A DNA stretch of 38,603 nucleotides from Vezdaea acicularis (Eukaryota): positions 1-38,603 of the forward strand of contig JAPEUI010000140.1 in NCBI GenBank assembly GCA_026025075.1. The letters are read 5' to 3'. Below are positions 22,740 through 34,700 of this stretch, in pieces (within the stretch, counting starts at the first letter, position 1; every line of letters begins with the position of its first letter). The notes under the pieces are model-generated. The model was not told the origin of the DNA. It was given only the letters and a program-made list of their open reading frames with translations, and ran no database searches. Position numbers and translations under genes: made by a program.

Positions 22740-23944
22740 CAGTTCATCAGCAGACTATCAGTGCGCGGCTGGAAGTCTCCATCCACTATTACCTCGTTTT
22801 GAGGAAGTCAGAGAGTTCCCTGGAAGCTTCACCTGATTTCGCCCAATATCAATGGGCATAATCGGTGGGGAAGTATCACAAGGAATGCGGCAGCCCAATT
22901 CTGTTTTTTCAGCGCCAGGGACCTGCCTCTAGAACTTTGTTGTGGTGTAAGGATCGGGCAAGACCTCGCTCGTACTCTCGTCTTATTCGGATTCAGTACT
23001 GCATAGAACGTACAGGGATTTCCGACACTTACCTACAACAATCCTCTTCGGATTCTTGTTCGTCAAAGCTTGACTACCAGTCTTATACGATTTGCTACCC
23101 ACCATCCCATATACAGCTGACGTCCTACCGGCGTGCAGCTCAAAGGCCTCAAAAGTGACATGGTAACTAGCCCGACATGGTCAAAGGAGTCAGTCATACC
23201 ATCCGGAAGTCAACATGGACTTCGAAGACAGCTGTCGACGTTACATTGAACTCATTCTCGAAAGCCTTGCTGCCTAGAACACCAGATTTCCCTAAAGTCA
23301 TCGCAACTCCTTTCTCTTGGAGCAAGTCCCATGACCCACCAAGCCCCTGTCGGGCCAATGTCCTACTTACTTCAATGGCAATACTAAAATGCTTTTTTGG
23401 TATCATAATGTTACCAACACTTTCATTGTCTGTGCCGTCGATTCTGGCCGCATTACTTCCGTGTTCATGGTCTCTTGCGAGATTTCTTGATTGATGGCCA
23501 TTTTCCTTGGCTCGCTCTGGTTGGAAGTTGGGACGGCAGAATGGGTTTTCAAAGCTGGCTCTCTCAACCACCTAGAAAGATACCACAAGTGTCGCCTCAG
23601 CAAGTCTGCTGAAAATTAACTCACAGGTCCAACGATGTATTCAGACAGACGTTGAAGCTCTGGCAAGCAATCATTACAGAAGCCACGTGAATATACTGTA
23701 TGTGCTGAAGTGTCACCACAATTGCGGCTTTCTTACTGGGCTGGATCAAGTCAGAGGACTTGGGGCATGCACAATGTTTCCCAACTACTGCAGCGTTCGC
23801 TGAGGCACTGCTTAAAGGAAAGGCGCTGGTTAAAGGAGTGGATTGGAGAATATTGTGTATCATAAACAAAAGAGGCTAAACTTGAATTCTTACTGCGGTT
23901 TATACGAACATTCCCATTAAATCGAGGAGACTGACTGTACTCAT
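22740..23944 (-). pseudogene. Probable decayed multi-exon orphan gene with Cys-rich N-terminus
   Basis: Phase-consistent introns 23826-23893, 23572-23624, about 23148-23199 and 22982-23032 link frames including ORF 23194-23571. CNDC motif present. In-frame stops at 23900-02, 23751-53, 23733-35 and 22929-31. 3' end undefined. Confidence 0.42.
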
Positions 23945-24184
23945 GACGTTGTTGGCAAGCACAAGAAGTGTTATACCACTGCGCATGTTCTGTCTGTAGT
24001 CCTAAGTCTGGGAAAGAAGACCTCTATATCAAGACTTCGTATTACAGCAACAGTGATGTGGATCTGATGCTTAGCAACTATAGCCCCGTAGACGTAGGAG
24101 GGTAGCTTCCACCTGGTTTGTTCAAATATCAAAATTTCTACGACAAGGTAGATTCCATTCACTCGTCCAACTCAATGGCACGCC

Positions 24185-25123
24185 CTAATCATGGTCCTCC
24201 TCCGTCCTCCCAGGACATCCATCCATTTCTTCGCTCTTATACCGACACTTACACCAGAAACAATACCACCACCTACTCCTCAAAAAGCCTACCACTTCCT
24301 CTAACTTATCCTCCACCGGCTTTTGTTCCCATTCATCCAGCTCCTCGTCCTCCTCTTCAACCACTTCCTCCACCTTCCCCACCCTCTCCTCCCCTTCACT
24401 ATCCCCATCTGCATAAGCCGGATTCCTCGATAGCGACTGCGTAAGATCATGCCTTGCCCTTCGATCTCTTTCTCTTCTCTCCCTATCTCTCCTCAACCCC
24501 CTCCACAATATATTAACGGTCTTCTTCTCTACCCCGCTCTCCCTCTTCGTATCTTCTTCATCTAACCCCTCCGCCACGCCCATAGCAGCCCTCAACTGTG
24601 CCTCCCTCCGCCTCTCCTCTCTCTCCCTTGCAATCCGCTCCCGGAACCCCTCTTGCTCCTCAGCCGTCCGCCGCACCTCCCCCTCCATCTCCTCCCTAAC
24701 TTTCCTCTTCCTCTCAGCATCGAGCCCGATCCCGCCTCTCCCCTCCTTCACATCCAACGCAATTGGCTCAGTCCTTGCATCCTTATTCTCTGCGCTCCCC
24801 AATGCCGCACCGGGTTTGTAGCCCATCCTCGAGAGCATCTTGAAGCCCTTATTTGACTGCTCCAGCTTTTTGGCGAGCGCTTCTTCGCGCTGGGCTGTCC
24901 TTATCTTTTCAAGTTCCTTTTTGGAGGGCTGTCGCGCACGAGCCTCGGATTCACGCTGGATGCGGAGGCGTCGCTGCGTATAGGTCTCTTTTTGAGTGGG
25001 CGCAGGGACGCTAGGTAGAGCCATTGTCAGATAATCTTCTTCTTCGTCGCCTTGGGCCGTGAGTTTTGGCTGCGCAGCTTCTGTGGAAGAGTCAAGCTGA
25101 GCAGGTGAGGCCGAGAGGCCCAT
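24185..25123 (-). CDS. G-patch domain protein with C-terminal DUF4187 zinc-binding domain (GPATCH11-like)
   Basis: EEDYLTM, G-patch SNKGFKMLSRMGYKPGAALG...KEGRGGIG and C-terminal LRSRWWYCFWCKCRY...CPGRTEEDHD. Confidence 0.9.
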   Translation of the reverse strand: MGLSASPAQLDSSTEAAQPKLTAQGDEEEDYLTMALPSVPAPTQKETYTQRRLRIQRESEARARQPSKKELEKIRTAQREEALAKKLEQSNKGFKMLSRMGYKPGAALGSAENKDARTEPIALDVKEGRGGIGLDAERKRKVREEMEGEVRRTAEEQEGFRERIAREREERRREAQLRAAMGVAEGLDEEDTKRESGVEKKTVNILWRGLRRDRERRERDRRARHDLTQSLSRNPAYADGDSEGEERVGKVEEVVEEEDEELDEWEQKPVEDKLEEVVGFLRSRWWYCFWCKCRYKSEEMDGCPGRTEEDHD

Positions 25124-25301
25124 GACAGTGGCGGTGGATAGGTCTGGGGCCTTAAGAATGTTGGTGCCCTACGTGGGAGGGAAGTAAAGAGGTTCTGGAT
25201 GTCAAGAAACACGCCCAATCAGACGCCACTCAAAAACTCCGATCTGGTGTCATGAAATAAAGTAGTTTATATAATATAATAAGCGGAATTTGAATCTTGA
25301 T

Positions 25302-25413
25302 GCACCTGTGACGCAGTGGCTAGCGTGTCGTTCTTATATGCTTCCGAGTGATCGGATGGATATGGTCTGCATAAGATATGCGAAAGTCGTGAGTTCGACC
25401 CTCACCAGGTGCA
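25302..25413 (+). tRNA. tRNA-Ile(UAU) with 39-nt intron 25339-25377
   Basis: Acceptor stem GCACCTG/CAGGTGC+A, D-arm ACGC/GCGT, anticodon TAT at 25335-37 and T-arm GTGAG-TTCGACC-CTCAC. Intron ATAAGA pairs with the anticodon arm. Upstream TATA-rich tract at 25266-80 and T5 terminator at 25423-27. Confidence 0.93.
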
Positions 25414-25775
25414 AAACTTGTCTTTTTGTCGAATACTTCTCCGTTTCTATTCTATTTGCAGCGCCGTCCCCTGTATCTAGCAGGCCGAGACATTCGCTAG
25501 ATCTTTTGGGGCCCAAAATAACACCAAGAACTCTATTCCGAAGCATCATTACTGAGCAGAACCTAAAATATTCGTGTGATAACCTATCATATGGTGATCG
25601 GAGGAGGGTCTTGTTTGAACAGAAGATTTAAAACAATCTAAACCATGTGCTAAGCCATTCGCTATGCAATAAACTCCTTGCCCGACCCGAATGCGTATAT
25701 CTGTGATTATGATGCTTGACCTGCACCTAACATGCGGCGGCGTTAAACACTGCTGGTCTCCCTCTCGCCTCACAA

Positions 25776-27084
25776 TTACAGTCCTCTCATAGCCCCCTCT
25801 CCCGCTAATGCTTCTTCCATACTTATGAGCTCATCAGCTGTGGCGACCTCTTCTGAATCATGTGGGGTCCCGATCTGGGAGTGTTCCACTGGCCCGAATA
25901 TGTTGTCTCTCCCCAACGGCTGACCTTCATCACCAATCACCATGGCTTCCCGTCTAGCGCGTCTAGCTCGTTCTTGATCTAAAGTGGAATTTCTCCTGTT
26001 TTGAGCCCATCGTGGTAGCTCCCCCGCCGTTTCCGACCCATTGTACATGATCGCGTCATCACCCACAAAATGTTCATCGAAAGATGAACTCAAGAGCCCC
26101 ACGTATCGCATTTGCTTCCTCGCCTCGGCATTATGGACCAAGATGTATATAAGACTTGGCAGCTTACTATCCATCTTGTCTTGCCTCCCTCTTTCTCTAG
26201 GTGATAGGTCACTGTGTAGTTTCAAAAGCTTCAGGAATACCTCTTGTGTCGCACGCTTATCCTCCGCAAAGGGGTAAGCCTTGAGCCATCGCGTGACAAG
26301 GCCTGCGCGGAGGGCGACTGGAAGGGTGTCTGTCCTGCATTCATGGACGAGCTTGAAGATCATGTTTATTGCAAGAAGCTCATCTGGACTATGAACAGTG
26401 TCTAAGCCTGGTATGCCGTATGTATTCGGAGTCATATTGCAGAGAGCTGTGATAATAGCGTAGAATGTCAGATAGTGGAAATGGGCGGGGAAAATATCGA
26501 ATCGTTGGGCGTTTGTGAGATCTATTTGGTGTAAGCTTTGATACAAACACGTCTGGACTGACATACTTTGATCCATCATGAATGTCAACGCTGTAAGCCC
26601 TTGAGAGCGAGTCTCCTCATCTTTGGAAGCTACATTGAGGAGTAGATTCTTGAACCCAGGTGATCTTGCTGCCCTGTCGCAAATGATCTTGAAAGCGCTT
26701 CCCAATAGTCAGCATTGCTATTCTCCTATACGAGACATCTCGTACCCTGAGCGGAGTTCATAATTATGTCCTTTGGCTAGCGCGGCGAGAGTTTCGACAG
26801 GAAGAGCTGTAATCAGATCAGCATTGCGCCTTCATGCGTCTTTTAGAATAATTATAGAGCCATTGTACCATCTTCTGTTTCTCTACTGATTGTTTGCTTT
26901 GCCGGTCCGTCTGCCTTGACCTCATTCATCTGACGAACCTGCTCCAGCTGATACCGTATTAGGTGGAAAGCCCCGGCCGCCAAAAAGCCTTGGGTTATCA
27001 GTAAAACAAAAGTCTAGCTATACAAGAAACACGAAGCTAACCGATTCCAATCCACATCCATCGTTGATCTGTTGTCAGAGCCAT
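25776..27084 (-). CDS. Uncharacterised fungal protein with N-terminal hydrophobic anchor and helical body; introns 26989-27041, 26807-26868, 26698-26745
   Basis: Spliced frame MALTTDQRWMWIGIGFLAAGAFHLIRYQL...ETEDALPVETLAALAKGHNYELRSGAFKIICDRA joins the 309-aa ORF. C-terminal RRARREAMV...DNIF. Confidence 0.8.
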
Positions 27085-27327
27085 AGCAGCATCCGTAACC
27101 CATCATTAAAGTGGTATGCTGATGTGGGAAGCTGTTGTTCTTCGCCGCTTCAATTCTTAGAAATTGAGGTTGGCGCGACGGTGTTTCAATTCGCCGATTC
27201 GCCGACCTCAAACTTTATTCGCATAACATCCTCAAGATTTCCGACATCAAGCTTAAATCTAAACCAGCATATAAAAGCCCGTTCGGTCCGTCCTTAGCTA
27301 GCACCTTTGCTGTGCCGCTACTTCAGG

Positions 27328-30202
27328 ATGCCTCCATCACAGTTGAAGCAACTAAAAGCTTCACTGAGGGCCGAGGGTATTGTAGGTCCACAGCAATCTA
27401 AGAAGGAGAAAAAGAGGAATAGTATAAGCGGATCCAATGTAGATAGAAAATCCCAGCAGGGTGTTTCACTCTCAGGCATACGAGAGAAATTCAATCCATT
27501 TGAGGTCAAGGTCCCAGCACGAGACAAATTCCAGTTTGTGAATAATCAAGGGATCAATGGACGAGCCACGAAGAGTATGAAAGATCGCCCAGGGGTAACT
27601 AAAGGCTTGGGAGAAGAGAGCGTATGCCTTTCCTTCAGCACAACTCTCTCCGTGCTTCTAAGTATAGTTTTTGACTAACTGCATGGGCTCGTAGCGGCGT
27701 AAAACCCTTCTTGTCGAGATGCGGCGACGAAATAGAGTAGGCGGCATAACGGACAAGCGGTTTGGGGAGAATGACCCTACAATGACTCCAGAGGAAAGGA
27801 TGATTGAACGCTTTACAAGAGAAAAGCAACGAAAATTGAGGAGTGGCTCTGCATTCGATCTCGAGGATGATGCTGAGGACCAACTTACCCATTTCGGTCA
27901 ATCGCTGTCGTTGGATCCAGAGAATGTTGTAGATGATTTTCAAGAGGACGGCCTTGGGTCTCCGGATGAAGGTACATCAACATTAAAAGATAATTTGTTT
28001 GGGCACAAAAGACGAAGGGCGTCCACAGAGGGTAATGAACAGGATGGCTCGGAGAATGAGCTACCCGAGCGAAAGAAGACGAAGGCGGAGGTCATGAAGG
28101 AAGTCATTGCGAAGTCAAAGCTGCATAAAAATGAACGACAGCAGGCGAAAGAGGACAACGAAATTTTAAGAGAGGAACTAGACAAAGAAATGCCAGGCCT
28201 CCTTGCGCTTCTGAACGGAAGGCAACCGGCACAATCGTCCCCAAGAGAACGCGAAAATGGGACTATAAACCCAGAGAGAGCCGCGTTAATTAGTGGAGAA
28301 ACCAAACTAAAGACCGATAAGGATTACGATACTCGGTTGAGACAGATGGCTCTTGATAAACGTGCCAAACCAACTGAACGAACTAAAACGGAAGAGGAGA
28401 TGATCGAGAATGAGGCACAGCGCTTGCAAGAACTCGAAGAGAAGAGACTTCGGCGAATGCGTGGCGAGGCAGAGGACAGCAACGATGAGATAGCTGTAAT
28501 GGATTCCAATAGCATCAATGGTGAAGGATCAGAAGATGATGACGCCAAACAGTTTGGATTCAGCTCGATGGGAATGACTCAAAATCCTGAAACAATTCCC
28601 GGATTTGAAGACGAGGACGAATTCGTTCTAGACGGGGATCTCATTGCGAGTGGCTCTGAGCTCTACAGCTCCGAAAGCTATGAAGAAATCGACAATCAAG
28701 GAGAAACCATCACAGAAGATAGCGAAGATGATGATGAAGATTTTCTCACGACATCTATGCCTGCGCAAGGCACGGAAAAGGCGCGAAACCAACAGCTAGA
28801 GACTGGCGATGAAAGGACGTCCAATGCGTTGACCAACGGTTCCCTTGCATTCACATATCCATGCCCGAGTAGCCATGAGCAGTTTCGAGAAATTACAACG
28901 AACGTCTCCATCATTGACCTACCAGTGGTCATCCGGAGAATAAGAACGCTATATCATCCTAGGCTTCATCCAGAGAATAAGTCAAAGTTGGGGGCCTTTC
29001 TTTTGATTCTCATCGACCATATTGTGTTCCTCGCCAATGAGCCAGTCGCACCACCTTACAATGTCGTTGAAGCTATCATCAGGCATATACACTCCATGGC
29101 TAAAGTATATCCTTTAGAGGCAGGGCAAGGCTTCCGAAGTCATCTACGTTCCTGGCATCAAACTCGACCTCTCGCTCCAAGCAAGGGAGATCTTGTGATA
29201 TTGATAGCAATTGGTGCTGTTTTTCCTACGTCTGATCACTTTCACCCCGTTGCAACACCTGCAAATTTGTGTATGGCCAGATACTTGTCACAAAAAGTTC
29301 CGTCGTCTTTGAATGAGCTACTCACTCTTACTTTCATTGAGACTCTGTGCCTTCAGTACCAACAATTGTCTGAGAGATACTTTCCCGAGGTGACAAATTG
29401 CATAGTTAATATCCTTTATCAGCTCGCCCCAACTAACGTAGAGCAATCTATGCCTGTGGTATTCTATCGAAAAACGTCATCAAACTTAAGAATTCAGAAG
29501 GCATCAGAACACCCGGCGAGTTCTTTAACCTTTTCAGATCTTTATAACCAAGACATCGGCAACGAGAAGGAAGAAAATTGCAAAGAAGCTGTAATGCTAG
29601 CGCACCTCGCTCTTATTAATACGTTGATGGAGTCGTGGTCTACTAAATCTGCTGCCTTTGAGATATTTCAAACCATTCTAGCGCCTGTAGATCACTTACT
29701 CAGCAGCTCTTGCCGTGATTTATTGCCATCGAGGCTGAACGTAAGTTCCAAACCTCTCTGGTTCTTCGTCAATAGAGTCTGATAGGCACTATAGGAGAAA
29801 ATCTCAGACTGCCAGAAACGCTTGACCGTATTCCTTAGTCTTGCAAAGTTCAAACGTCGGCCACTAGAACTCCACCACCATCGACCACTAGCAATAAAGA
29901 CTTCTATCCCCAAATTCGAAGAGTCATACAATCCTGATAAACATTACGACCCCGACCAAGAGAGAGCCGAATCGAGCAAGCTGCGGGCGGAGTACAAGCG
30001 GGAGCGCAAAGGCGCTCTCAGGGAGCTTAGAAAAGACGCTAACTTCATAGCTCGTGAGAGCCTGAGAGAGAAGAAGGAAAGGGATGCTGAGTACGAAAGG
30101 AAGTACAAGCGCCTCGTTGCTGAGATTCAAGGAGAGGAGGGACATGAGAAGAACGTGTATGAAAAAGAGAAGCGAATGCGGAAAGGGAGGAGGAAGATAT
30201 AA
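27328..30202 (+). CDS. NOP14: Nucleolar protein 14 (SSU processome); introns 27622-27694, 29741-29794
   Basis: MPPSQLKQLKASL, FNPFE, GGITDKRFGENDPTMTPEERMIERF, LTHFGQSL, KTKAEVMKEVIAKSK, TSDHFHPV and KRERKGALRELRKDANF. Confidence 0.95.
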
Positions 30203-30471
30203 GTAGACAGTATATCTATCACATATTCAGTCTCCAGCACGACCCGCGCAGCCTGTGTGACTATGCAAAGGCTCCCAGAGCATGCGTCCTTGGGGATACG
30301 AACTTTTCTCTTTAAGATTGCAGACGTGAGAAGGTACTGCAACAAGACCGATCTGTGAAGGACTACAAACACCATAAACGATTATCGACGTATAGGGGGA
30401 ATTGGACTAACATAACGAAAGCGCCATTATTCTCAGTACCTTCCTACACGAGGCTTATAAAATCAAGATGA

Positions 30472-31231
30472 TTAAGGTGGCGTCCAGTTTTCCAGACCAT
30501 AGTGCGGTCCCTCACCAAGCGCCTTTCTCTCGAAAGGCTCGTCATCCCCCATCGTCAGATTCTTTTTAATATCTGCGGAGTTCCCCTGCATCATCTCTGA
30601 CTTTGGCTCTGTTTTCATCTCTGTCTTCATCTCTGTCTTCATCTCCGTCTTAATATCTGACCCAATCTCAATCGGGTACTCCATTGGTGGCTCTGACTCA
30701 ATATCCATCAGGAGTCTAATCTTCAACTTAGATTCAGTCTCAGACTCCTCCTCCTTCCACGTTCGTTGCCGTTCTGAAATAAATGAGAAGTATCGCCATC
30801 CTATCTTCCTAAAATATAGCCTGTTCATGTCTGCTTCGGCTTCGTCGTCCGCGTCTTCGTCTTCTCCCTGAAATGGGTACTTCAGCTTATATTGCTTCTA
30901 CAACTGGGGTCAGTGATCTGCCGTTAACCTAATGCTCGAGTCAGATTCGACCTACTAAATTCTTCTCATTTTGAGCTCGCTTAGCATTGTGCAGCATCCA
31001 ACCACCCGGACGACATTCTTTACGTGGGCAGACGGCGAGCTCGTTGGAGTCCATAGGACAGTCTAGCTCTTCACCTGGCCTAACACGGGCAAGGATGTCT
31101 GACTTAGAGGTCTTGGGTATACGGAGAAAAGAGAAGAAGCAGCCGTGGGAGACCTGACGGCCATGGCGGCGATAATCGTGGTAGGGAGCCGGCCTATGTT
31201 TCAGGACACCGCTTTGAAATGATCGTGGCAT
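30472..31231 (-). CDS. Orphan acidic protein with (KTEM)n repeat; intron 30898-30955
   Basis: ORF 30941-31231 joins ORF 30472-30828 in frame through a 58-nt GTAGGT...CTGAC...TAG intron. No family recognised. Confidence 0.6.
30593..30654 (-). repeat. 12-bp coding tandem repeat, about 5 units (IKTE-MKTE-MKTE-MKTE-PKSE)
   Basis: catctctgtctt-like unit repeated on the + strand. Confidence 0.85.
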
Positions 31232-31782
31232 CTTAAGAGCCGTGTATCCTTTAAGTAGAGTGAGGTAGTTATAACTAGGGCTATCTTCCGGTAATCAGAC
31301 TATGTTCAGCAGGAGCATATCGTGGTTTAAAGGCGTGAGATTGAGGTGCGTTGGTCATTTAAATAACACGAATGTGGCGAGCTGTGGAGTAAATCATTTT
31401 TTGTCAAATATCTTGATAGGCTTGGTGGATATTGATATAGGTCAGGACGAAATTAAAAAGAGAGAAACGAAAGGTCACTCTCTCGTTTATGGGCTGTTGG
31501 ATTGCTGGCGTTGTGAACTGGACGACCATGCTTGGAGTGGGACGTGATCCAATGTCACGATGTGTGGATAATAGCGCAGAGTGAATGGTGGGCCCCTTAG
31601 TATTTAAAGTGGGCCATACAATGGAAATGGATCAGAGCGAAGTCCGGCTACGAGGATAGCCTCCCACTAGTATCGTAATCCCATCCAGACAAGTCAAACT
31701 CCCTCGACTAGAAGGATTGCCTTGTAATATTCCTCCAAGTTTTAAAGTTTTTTACCATTATACAAGGGGGGATTACCATAAT

Positions 31783-34700
31783 TCACCCTTCCATCTCCTC
31801 ATCTTCATCCTCGCCACTTTCCTCCCCCTCCTTAACATCAACCTCAAAACTCGGGTCCTGGTCGACGCCCACGTAGCTATCACACATTAGGTAACATTTC
31901 AACTCCTTCCGGCCCATGCTGGGCACCACAAACTCCAGCTTCAGTTCAAGTTTCTTTTTGACGGTGACTCGCTTAACAGCTAACAAAGTTTTCGTGCTCT
32001 CCTCGCCGATGACAACCCACCATGCCTCATCTTTCTTCTTTGGATAGAAGGGCGCATGAACAGCCAGATCCACTTCTTCATCGGCGTCTTCCTCATCTTC
32101 GTCTTCATCTTCGTCGGCGTCACGCTTCAATATAACATTAAGGACGGTAGGCGAGCCGGCATGGATATTCTCGGGGTCGGCAAGCGAGAACTCGAGGTCG
32201 ACATTGGGGTATTTGTTGTTTGTAAAGGCGGCGGCTTGGGTCAGCTGCGGTTTGGAGAGGTTCAGGGCAGCGAGGAGGCTGGCGTATTCAGGGTTGCTGG
32301 ATGGATCCATGGCGTCGGTGAAGGAAAATACGTCGCTGATCCTGGAAGATTAAAGAAATCAGCATTTGGGAAAATAAGGGCGGTGTGGTAGGTATTTCCG
32401 AGGTAGGAGACAAGTGAAAAAACACATACCCTTTATCATTGGCGGCTTTGACGACTTCCGGTGAGAAATGAGGTATCTGCTTAAGGGGCGAGTCACGGTC
32501 CCACATTGCTTGCACGACCATTTGTGACATTTCCATGGCTGACATAGCGTTGAGGTGGCCTTCCGATGACAGGACATCTACACAAGCGCTAAGTAGGCTC
32601 AGAACCTTTGTTAAAATAAACTCCTGATCCTTGGAGAGGTCGACAGGGAGCTGCAAGCGAGAGAAGTGGGCCTGCAAGAGAACAAATGCTTTGAAATGCG
32701 GTGATTCGTAATTTGCTTGTGCGATCTTTACGGGCACGCGGTCATAAATCCGCTGCAAAACGGATTCTTCATGCCGCCGTATCTGAATAGTCTCAAATTC
32801 AGTAGCAGACGTGACAATTTCCATTATACCCTTCAATTTTGTCCTAGGGGTGAGCGAGAGTAAGAATGTCTGCATTGTGATAAAGGAGATGTTGTAATAT
32901 GCAGCAATCATGGCGGCATTCAGTGGGGTCACAGTGTCATCTTCCTCGTCTAGATCAATAATCTTTGCCTCGGCGAGGTCTTTGAGAGTGCTCTCTACCA
33001 GGTCGGAGAGATGGGCGCTTAGACCCTCATTAGAGGTGTCTGTCAAGCTATAGTAGCTTGGGTTAGCCAACAGGCGGCGGTAGAAATAAGTGTACGTAGT
33101 CCAGTCAACAGCGTCTTGAGTCGAAGCGATCATTTTTGTGCTGATCTCGGAGACGAAAGCGTCGTGCAGAAATACCTGCAAATGAGACTCGATTGGCAGC
33201 GCTTCGTTCAGGAATTTCTTGTAGTATTCCCTCTTTACAGCAGGAAGCATGAGAACGCCCTTGCTGCTCTTGTCCAGCATTGGCCTGCTAGCTTTGCCAA
33301 ACATTTGCAGTATCTCGCTTATAGGATAATCGATGTAGCGGTGGTCCCGGCCATCAAAAAACTGTGTTCCCATTATCACAACAAGGTGAGCCGTACAATC
33401 TAGCTCCCAGCAAACATCTCGAGATGCAATCAGCACTTGGATGGCTCCTACTTTGTAGAGATGTGTTACTATCTTCTTGTCCGCTGGAGATAAGGCTTCG
33501 TGATAATAACCAATACCATGTGCGCACGACGCTGCTAGAGCTTGCTCATTGAATCGAGTAAGAAGAGGTTCTAATTCGCTAACCTCGGCATGCAGGAAGC
33601 GATCCTCATCGTCATCAGCAACACAAGCGGTGAAAAGGTCAAGTGCTGTCGTTCGAGCGTGTTTGCGGCTAGGTACAAATACAAGAGAGGGCTTGTCAGG
33701 AGACATCTGTAGGATAGACGCATAAGCAGGCTTTGCCATTGCTAGCATAAGCGAGGGAAAATGCGGGATAGTAAAGGATTGGATATGAAGTTCGAGAGAG
33801 ACTGGACGGGCGTGGGGGCTGAAGTTGTAGATAGTATGCTTCGTAGCTCCAAGCCATTCCCCAATGTCTCGAGCGTTGGAAAGAGAAACACTCAAGCCCA
33901 CAATCCTTAAGTCGTTCTCCGTCTGAACGGCTATGTAGTGCATTCGAGACACTATGATCTCGTATATGAACCCCATGTGCCCGCCCAACATGTGCAGCTC
34001 ATCGGCAATAAAGAGCTGAACTGTCTGAATGTTCTTGCGACGCTGCCATTGGCGCGAGAGTACGTCCCATTGAGCTGGGGTGGCGAGCGTGAGATCGCTC
34101 TCCCCAAGCAACTTTAGATCCGGGATAGTATCGCCAGTCAATTTGACAATAGTCTTCCTGCCGCCAATTCTACTTAGCCGTTGAGACCAATCCGCATATT
34201 GTTGATCGACAAGCTCTTGAAATGGGGCGATGTAGACTGCCCGACCAGGGTCTTTTTTTGACCAATGACGAAGTAATGCAAATTCAGCGCAGATGGTCTT
34301 TCCACTGCCCGTAGGAGCTCCGATGAATACGTTGTCATCAGTATTGAAAAGAGAGTTGAAAACCTGCGTTTGCACCTTGTTGAACCTCTCCCAATCGGGG
34401 TACATAGCCCGAAAATCTTCTTGCTTGAAGGAAGACACCATCAATGGTTGGAGGTCCAACAAGGGAGTGTGAGGAGGGAATTTCTCTGGCAGGATTAGCT
34501 TCTGGAATGAGACGGCAAGTTTGGTCTCAGAATGCATCCATCGATCCGAGATAACGTTGATAAAGTAATGGGGAGGCATTGGTTCCGTAATAGGGACAGA
34601 AAACTCGACTATGTGTTCGTTCATCTCAGACAATGCGTAGTCTCTTCGGAGCAGGAATTGGTCGTGAAACAGGATGTCCTCTCCATCACAATCTTCCACA

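Noticed and set aside
24118..24856. Pro-rich plus-strand ORFs
   Set aside because: Antisense shadows of the purine-rich G-patch gene.
25290..25631. 113-aa ORF over the tRNA
   Set aside because: Explained by the tRNA gene; TTG start and no protein features.
11489..31782. snoRNAs, riboswitches or peroxisomal readthrough extensions in introns and UTRs
   Set aside because: Introns are under 90 nt, no convincing C/D box pairs or TPP aptamer were seen, and the post-stop sequences I checked gave no PTS1-like tail. An Rfam scan would be decisive.
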